A stretch of 64,000 nt of DNA, taken from NCBI GenBank assembly GCA_030753015.1, contig JASMDC010000015.1, positions 12,769 to 76,768 of the forward strand. The letters are read 5' to 3'. Below, in pieces: positions 58,484-64,000 of this stretch. This DNA comes from Candidatus Undinarchaeales archaeon (GTDB lineage Archaea > SpSt-1190 > JASMDC01). How positions within the stretch are numbered: the stretch's first letter is position 1; every line of letters begins with the position of its first letter. The notes under the pieces are model-generated. The model saw nothing but the letters and a program-made list of their open reading frames with translations. It did no database searches and was not told the origin of the DNA. The position numbers were made by a program, and so were the translations under genes.

Positions 58484-59857
58484 GTGACACGCTCATACGA
58501 CGTGGTGATAGTGGGTGCAGGTCCTGGCGGACTCCTGGCCGCTCACACCCTTGCCGGAAAAGGCCTCAAGATTCTGGTCGTCGACAAGGGTAAGGAACCG
58601 AACAAACGTCACTGCCCCGAGGTCGACAAGGGCTTCTGTCACAACTGCGCCTCCTGCGACCTCATGTACGGAGTGGGCGGGTCCGGGCTTTTCTCCGACG
58701 GGAAGCTCAACCTCGATCCCCGCATCGGGGGCGACCTCACCGAGTTCACCAAGAACGACGAGGAGGCATACGCGCTCATCGACGAGGTGGACCAGGTGTT
58801 CATCCGACACGGTGCGCCCGACGAGCTCTGCTTCGACAAGGCCGCCACCCGCCGGCTCGCCAAGCATGCGGCAAAGAACGGCATCCGGTTCATCCCAATC
58901 AAGCAGCGCCACATCGGTTCGGACCACCTGCCATCGGTCATCACCAACCTCATGAACGAGCTCAAGGCCGACGGGATCGACTTCCTTCTCAAGAACGAGG
59001 CATCCGACATCGTCGCGGAGAAGGGTCGCGTGAAGGGCATCAGGATCGACAGCTCGACGATCAAGTGCGAGAACCTCCTCATCGCCACCGGACGCGTCGG
59101 TGCCAAGTGGCTCGACAACCAGGCACGAACGCTCGGTATCGATGTCACCTACAATCCCATAGATGTCGGCGTCCGTGTCGAGGTGCCCGAGGTCATCATG
59201 CACGACGTCACCGAGATCAACTGGGATCCGAAGTTCCATATCCGCACGGGCACGTACGACGACTTCGTGCGCACGTTCTGCACCTGCCCTGGTGGATTCG
59301 TCGTGGAGGAGCGCCATGATGACTTCGTGCTCGTCAACGGCCACTCCATGCGCGACCGTCACTCGCAGAACACCAACTTCGCCTTCCTCACCCGCATCGG
59401 GCTCACAGAACCTATGGAGAACACCATCGCGTACGGCAGCTCAATTGCGAAGCTCGCCTCCACCATCGGGGGGGGCAAGCCCATCCTCCAGCGCCTGGGC
59501 GACCTGCGCAAGGGACGCCGCTCCAGCGTCGGCCGAATCGAGCGCAGCTACGTCCGCCCCACGCTCCACTCGGTGACGCCGGGCGACATATCCATGGCCC
59601 TCCCCAGCCGTATCGTGACCGGTATCACGGAAGGGCTCGACATGCTCGACCACACCATTCCGGGTGTGGCCTCGGATGCGACCCTGCTATACGCGCCGGA
59701 GGTCAAGTTCCACGCCATGCGCATGAAGGTCGGTCCGTCCATGGAGACCACACTCAAGGGAATGTTCGTCGCAGGCGACGGCGCTGGGGTGTCGAGGGGC
59801 ATCGTCGGGGCCGCAGCGACGGGTATACTTGCTGGCAAGGGGATCCTAAGGAAGTAG
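58484..59857 (+). CDS. FAD-dependent oxidoreductase (COG2509-like)
   Basis: IVGAGPGG, C..C..C, GGSGLFSDGKL, VRTFC, VNGHS, GDGAGVSRG. Confidence 0.88.
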   Translation: MTRSYDVVIVGAGPGGLLAAHTLAGKGLKILVVDKGKEPNKRHCPEVDKGFCHNCASCDLMYGVGGSGLFSDGKLNLDPRIGGDLTEFTKNDEEAYALIDEVDQVFIRHGAPDELCFDKAATRRLAKHAAKNGIRFIPIKQRHIGSDHLPSVITNLMNELKADGIDFLLKNEASDIVAEKGRVKGIRIDSSTIKCENLLIATGRVGAKWLDNQARTLGIDVTYNPIDVGVRVEVPEVIMHDVTEINWDPKFHIRTGTYDDFVRTFCTCPGGFVVEERHDDFVLVNGHSMRDRHSQNTNFAFLTRIGLTEPMENTIAYGSSIAKLASTIGGGKPILQRLGDLRKGRRSSVGRIERSYVRPTLHSVTPGDISMALPSRIVTGITEGLDMLDHTIPGVASDATLLYAPEVKFHAMRMKVGPSMETTLKGMFVAGDGAGVSRGIVGAAATGILAGKGILRK

Positions 59858-59949
59858 TTACTACTCCAGAATGGTAAATAAACGAAACCTTTATATACAA
59901 CTTCCGACAATAGAATGTACAACTGGAAAGTAGTGACGGAGGTTTTATT

Positions 59950-60462
59950 GTGGAGATATTTGCAGATCCTATGCTGGTGGAAGTACTGACGGGAATTGGA
60001 GGACTGAAATCCTTGGACGTGGTACGCATCCTGCGGACCAAGGGCGAGATCTCCGATTATAATCTGGCGCAGGTTATGGGACTGTCCTGGAACAAGGCAA
60101 GGGGCATCCTCTATCGTCTGTACGACAGGAACGTCGTGGGCTTCGAGAAGCGCAAGGACGAGAAGACCGAGAAGCTCATGTACTACTGGAGACTGAACGA
60201 GGCCAAGCTGTCACATATCCTGGTGGAGCGACGGCGACAGACTATCAATATACTCCGGGAGAAGCTGATGCACGAGACGCACGAGAACCTGTTCTCCTGT
60301 GATACAGGATGCACTCGTGTACCGTTCGAGAACGCGTTCGAGATGGAGTTCAGCTGCCCGGATTGCGGCGATCGTCTGGACATGGTCGACAACTCCTTCG
60401 TAGCGGAGGAGATCAACTCATACATCGACCATATGGAAGAGGCCATCAGCTCCTGGACATAG
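59950..60462 (+). CDS. tfe: Transcription factor E alpha subunit
   Basis: wHTH ..R.ILYRLY....YYW; Zn ribbon C...C..F..A....F.CP.CG..L...DN. Confidence 0.88.
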   Translation: MEIFADPMLVEVLTGIGGLKSLDVVRILRTKGEISDYNLAQVMGLSWNKARGILYRLYDRNVVGFEKRKDEKTEKLMYYWRLNEAKLSHILVERRRQTINILREKLMHETHENLFSCDTGCTRVPFENAFEMEFSCPDCGDRLDMVDNSFVAEEINSYIDHMEEAISSWT

Positions 60463-60498
60463 GGTATTTAACCTCGACGCACCATCCCGGACACCGGG

Positions 60499-61158
60499 AT
60501 GGCACGGCTCGATCTCCACACGCACTCCTGTCACAGCCGTGACGGCGTCGACGATCCACGCGCTCTCCTTCGAGCTGCTGTGGCCCATGGGCTAGCCGGC
60601 ATCGCCATCACCGACCATGGCACGCTGGCGGCCCACAGGCGACCTGTGAACGCTCCTTGCCTTCTTATCCCCGGTGTCGAGGTCATGACCTCCGCTGGCG
60701 AGATCCTCGCTTACGGTGTCACCGAGGTCCCCTCGGGAACGCCCGAGGAGGTCATCGACTCCATCCATGACCAGGGCGGCGTGGCCGTAGCACCTCATCC
60801 TTTCACCGGCATCTTTCGCAACAAGCACGGACTGGGTGAACTCGTAGAGCGACTATCCCTCGACGGGCTCGAGGTGTTCAACGCGTCCCTCTTCCCCGCG
60901 GGCAACCAGCAGGCCCGGGCCAACGCACACCGGCTCGGTCTAATGGGCACCGGTGGAAGCGACGCACATGTCACAGCACAGGTGGGGGCGGGGTGGACCG
61001 AGGTCCCGTCGGCAGAGAGCGTCGATGACGTGCTCGAGCACCTGCGGAAGGATCGCGTCCACTCGGGGGGCAGCGAGATATCCCTCGTCACCCGGGTGCA
61101 CGTGCAGCTGTTGCGTGCTGCGAGGTTCCCGAGGAAGTGGACGATGCGTCCCCGATAG
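60499..61158 (+). CDS. PHP-domain phosphoesterase
   Basis: DLHTHS..S.DG, AITDH, PHPF, GGSDAH. Confidence 0.9.
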   Translation: MARLDLHTHSCHSRDGVDDPRALLRAAVAHGLAGIAITDHGTLAAHRRPVNAPCLLIPGVEVMTSAGEILAYGVTEVPSGTPEEVIDSIHDQGGVAVAPHPFTGIFRNKHGLGELVERLSLDGLEVFNASLFPAGNQQARANAHRLGLMGTGGSDAHVTAQVGAGWTEVPSAESVDDVLEHLRKDRVHSGGSEISLVTRVHVQLLRAARFPRKWTMRPR

Positions 61159-61165
61159 GGCCCGC

Positions 61166-62212
61166 TCAGGCCGTGGTGACGGCGTCAGCGGTGGTAGTAT
61201 TGGTCGGTCCGACCCCTATCACGTGACGGAGCAGGAATAGCTCGAACCACTCGGGCATGAAGATGGTGGATATCCAGGCCATGTATTGGTACTTGTCCTT
61301 GTCGAACGAGTAGATGGCGATCAGCAGATCGTAGTGGGTCGATCCCGGCTTGAAGTCGTCGGGCGTCATGAGGTTCACCGCACGCCGCGCCAGGATGCGC
61401 TGGAAGAATGGCAGATCGCTGATGTTCTCTTTCACGATGCGGCCCCAGCGCTTGAGGAGGTTCACCCGGTCCTCGAAGAAGGTGGTCTCACGACCAAGGT
61501 ACAGGACCAGCTGGTTGTAGTCACCCCGGAAGCTGTCGAAGTCGATCTTGTGCTTCTCGACCTCCTCCTTGGTGATGTTGTACATGTCGCAGTTCAGGTC
61601 CTTGGCGATGCCGATGTTGTCGTTGTTCACCTGCCAGAGGTAGCCGAAGTACTCGAAGGCCTTGATGAGGTTGTCCGAGGGTTCGTTGAGCGTGAGGTAG
61701 GGCGAGGTCATGAACCCGACGCCGGCGCGCTTGTAGTAGACGTGCTCGTAGAACTCCTGGGATGGGATGATCCGGCCGTGGTTCTTGGTGTCCACCTCGA
61801 TGGACGTGATCATCTCGAAGAAGTTCTCCAGATACTCGTCGATGCGCTTGTCCCTCATCCCGCGTGCCTTCAGAACCTGGATCGAGTCCTTCACGAAGAA
61901 GTACGCGCACCGCTCCTCGACGCGAAGGGTGAAGAGGGCGACCTCGTCGAGGTCCTCGGTCTTCCAGCGACGGAGCCGGGAGATGTTCTCCTCGAGCAGA
62001 GCGAGCTTCTCCTCCATGGGCATTGGTGACTCGTCACATATGTCGTCGAGCCATCGCATGTAGGTGAAGCCCATGTAGAGGGCGTCAGCAAGACCGCGCG
62101 AGGTGGCCATGAGCTGGGTCATCATACCAAGGATAAAGACCGAATAGACCGACCGGGCAAACATCACGGTCTGGTCGTGAATCTGTTGAACCTTGGGGTG
62201 GTCGTAGCCCAT
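61166..62212 (-). CDS. Divergent squalene/phytoene synthase-like (class I isoprenoid synthase fold) protein
   Basis: Y.RWLDDICDE (DDxxD), Y....YKRAGVG, FG..WQVNND....KD. Confidence 0.65.
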   Translation of the reverse strand: MGYDHPKVQQIHDQTVMFARSVYSVFILGMMTQLMATSRGLADALYMGFTYMRWLDDICDESPMPMEEKLALLEENISRLRRWKTEDLDEVALFTLRVEERCAYFFVKDSIQVLKARGMRDKRIDEYLENFFEMITSIEVDTKNHGRIIPSQEFYEHVYYKRAGVGFMTSPYLTLNEPSDNLIKAFEYFGYLWQVNNDNIGIAKDLNCDMYNITKEEVEKHKIDFDSFRGDYNQLVLYLGRETTFFEDRVNLLKRWGRIVKENISDLPFFQRILARRAVNLMTPDDFKPGSTHYDLLIAIYSFDKDKYQYMAWISTIFMPEWFELFLLRHVIGVGPTNTTTADAVTTA

Positions 62213-62324
62213 TGCTGGCTGTGGGCGGTTCGTTTCCTATATAAAGTTACGCTCGGGGGGGCCGGGACCGATAGGCCGGGGCACCGCCATGGCCTTTTTA
62301 TGTATTGAGCGCGCACCTCACGTC

Positions 62325-63944
62325 ATGAGGCTCCCGCCGCGGGCGCGTGTCCTGGCCATCCTCGTTGTGGCCGCCATCCTCCGCACCGCCTGGCTCGATG
62401 CGGTCCCGCCGGGGTTCAACTATGACCATGTGTACGAGGGGTACGATGCGTACTCGGTGCTGCTTACCGGTCGAGATTCGTACGGCGTCCCCTATCCACT
62501 GACATTTCGCTCATGGGGCGACTACAAACCGGCGGTAACCGGGTACTCGGTGGTCCCCTTCGTCATGCTGCACGGTCTAGAGGAGAAGGCCGTCCGGCTC
62601 GCCGGGGTGATGTACGGTGTGCTCGGCATCGCCTCTGCCTACGCCTTCGTGGCCGTCGTCTGGGGCACATGGCCGGCAGACGTCGTCGCCATCTTCCTCG
62701 CCCTCAGTCCGATGCATATCCACCTATCCCGTTCGTCACCGGACGCCATCGTCGTGCCTTTCCTGCTGACGACGATGCTCTACCACCTCCATCTCGTCAA
62801 GCTACGGAGCCGTCACCTCGTGTACGCCGCAGTGCCAGGAGCCCTCCTGTTCTACGCCTATGCCGTGGGCAAGGTCGTCGCACCGTTCCTTGTCGTGACG
62901 GCCCTTTGGCGCCATCGGCGTCGTATCGCCCGGTCCCGCGCGCTGGTGCCCGCGGTGGCCGTCTTTGCCCTCCTCGTACTCCCCCAGGTCGCGTTCCAGG
63001 TCACCGATCCCGGGACCGCAGAGGCACGGTTCTGGCAGGTCTCCGTGTTCGGACCGCAGGCGCGTGACAACCTCGTGCGCACCTATCCGGGTCTTTCCGG
63101 GCTCCCCGGACAGCTGCTCCCCGTAGTAGGCGCAGCAAGCAACTACCTCTACTATACCCTCTCGGGGCCGCTCTTCCGCCAGGTGGACAGCGATGCCATG
63201 GGCATCCCCCCGTTCCACCGTGCGCTCCTCCCCGTGCATGCACTCCTTGCTCTCGCTGGCATCTGGGCGACGGCGCGCGTCTCCCGTCGCTCGCCCCCGG
63301 CGGCCCTCCTTGTCGTCTGGCTCCTGCTGGCACCATTACCCGCCTCGCTAACGGACCAGGTCACCAGTCATCAGCGGTTGATCGTCGTCCTGCCCCTGGT
63401 GCACATCCTGTCCGCCCGGGGGCTCGCTCTCGCACGCAAGGACCGGTCCGTCATCGCCCTACTCTGCTTCGGCATCGTTCTCTCCGCGGCCGTCGAGATA
63501 CAGAGCTACATGATCGAGTATCCCTGCGAGGAGATCTCGCTCTACAACTGGCGCGCCGGCCTCGGAGAGGCTATCAGGACCGCTGTATTGGAGGCACGGA
63601 CAGAAGAGCAGGTAGTGCTCACCCGCAACGTCCAGGAGGGTCCCATCCATGCAGCGTTCTACACGGCGCTCGATCCGTCCCGATACCATGCCGGGGGGTT
63701 CGACGGCTCGGGACTGGACGTCCAGGGACCCATCGGGTCCGGCCCGGCCGTGATCGTCGCAACATTGATGGACCTTGAGCGAAAGGATGAACCGGACCTG
63801 CGGATCCTGGCACCGGGCGAGCAGGGTACACGCGATGATATCGTGTCCGTTGTCCCGAACGTCCTCTACGGGCGTGATGTGTCCCCCATAACGAATGTGG
63901 AGCGGTGCGGTGAGGACCGGTACTTCGTCTACCGGGCTCGCTGA
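62325..63944 (+). CDS. GT-C glycosyltransferase (family 39), paralog of 2196-3821
   Basis: PPGFNYD..GYDAYSVLLTGRD.YG..YP..F...GDYK; multi-TM. Confidence 0.83.
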   Translation: MRLPPRARVLAILVVAAILRTAWLDAVPPGFNYDHVYEGYDAYSVLLTGRDSYGVPYPLTFRSWGDYKPAVTGYSVVPFVMLHGLEEKAVRLAGVMYGVLGIASAYAFVAVVWGTWPADVVAIFLALSPMHIHLSRSSPDAIVVPFLLTTMLYHLHLVKLRSRHLVYAAVPGALLFYAYAVGKVVAPFLVVTALWRHRRRIARSRALVPAVAVFALLVLPQVAFQVTDPGTAEARFWQVSVFGPQARDNLVRTYPGLSGLPGQLLPVVGAASNYLYYTLSGPLFRQVDSDAMGIPPFHRALLPVHALLALAGIWATARVSRRSPPAALLVVWLLLAPLPASLTDQVTSHQRLIVVLPLVHILSARGLALARKDRSVIALLCFGIVLSAAVEIQSYMIEYPCEEISLYNWRAGLGEAIRTAVLEARTEEQVVLTRNVQEGPIHAAFYTALDPSRYHAGGFDGSGLDVQGPIGSGPAVIVATLMDLERKDEPDLRILAPGEQGTRDDIVSVVPNVLYGRDVSPITNVERCGEDRYFVYRAR

Positions 63945-63948
63945 TTAT

Positions 63949-64000
63949 GTGAACTACCCCTCTCCGAATAGAGGGGCTTCCCGCTTCGACGCTGTTACCA
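63949..64000 (-). mobile_element. Right end of an IS200/IS605 (tnpB-type) element extending beyond the window
   Basis: Minus strand ..GAAGCGGGAAGCCCCTCT-ATTCGG-AGAGGGG-TAGTTCAC: subterminal hairpin plus TCAC terminus. Confidence 0.72.

Noticed and set aside
1-64000. Amber (TAG) recoding suggested by frequent TAG stops
   Set aside because: Conserved proteins (dehydrogenase, ggt, TFE, FAD oxidoreductase) end at TAG at their expected C-termini; no pyl genes are seen

Overview
GC-rich archaeal chromosomal window. Markers include TFE-alpha, Cdc48/VAT, ApgM, a FAU-1-like RNase, a SerK-like kinase, a class III signal-peptide pilin and an intron-containing tRNA-Phe(GAA) with a BRE/TATA promoter. Several families resemble those common in DPANN-type genomes, but taxonomy cannot be fixed from sequence alone. 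Housekeeping flanks (about 1.5-33.6 kb and 48.3-64 kb) surround a mosaic accessory island at about 33.6-48.3 kb. The strongest unexplained signal is in this island: five co-oriented intergenic copies of GTGCGCCGGT(C/A)GGG, the reverse complement of a tRNA-Gly-like 3' end, divide 42.9-48.3 kb into one- or two-gene cassettes. A second 30-50 bp repeat family does the same at 33.7-38.1 kb. No integrase or intact cognate tRNA is recognisable in the window. The cargo is arsM, hemerythrins, GNATs, an ATPase-nuclease and gene debris, including an ADH-GNAT chimera and a GNAT split by a complete IS1634 (17-bp IRs, 6-bp TSD). Other notable items: a pilin fused to seven Calx-beta/cadherin-like repeats, a stand-alone WWDYG (AglB C-terminal) protein, a divergent squalene/phytoene-synthase-like enzyme, a large inserted TIM-barrel gene next to a 714-aa coiled coil, a frameshifted Cys-rich lipoprotein, an IS1182 at the left edge and an IS200/IS605 right end at the right edge. 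All product calls come from motif recognition, not database searches.
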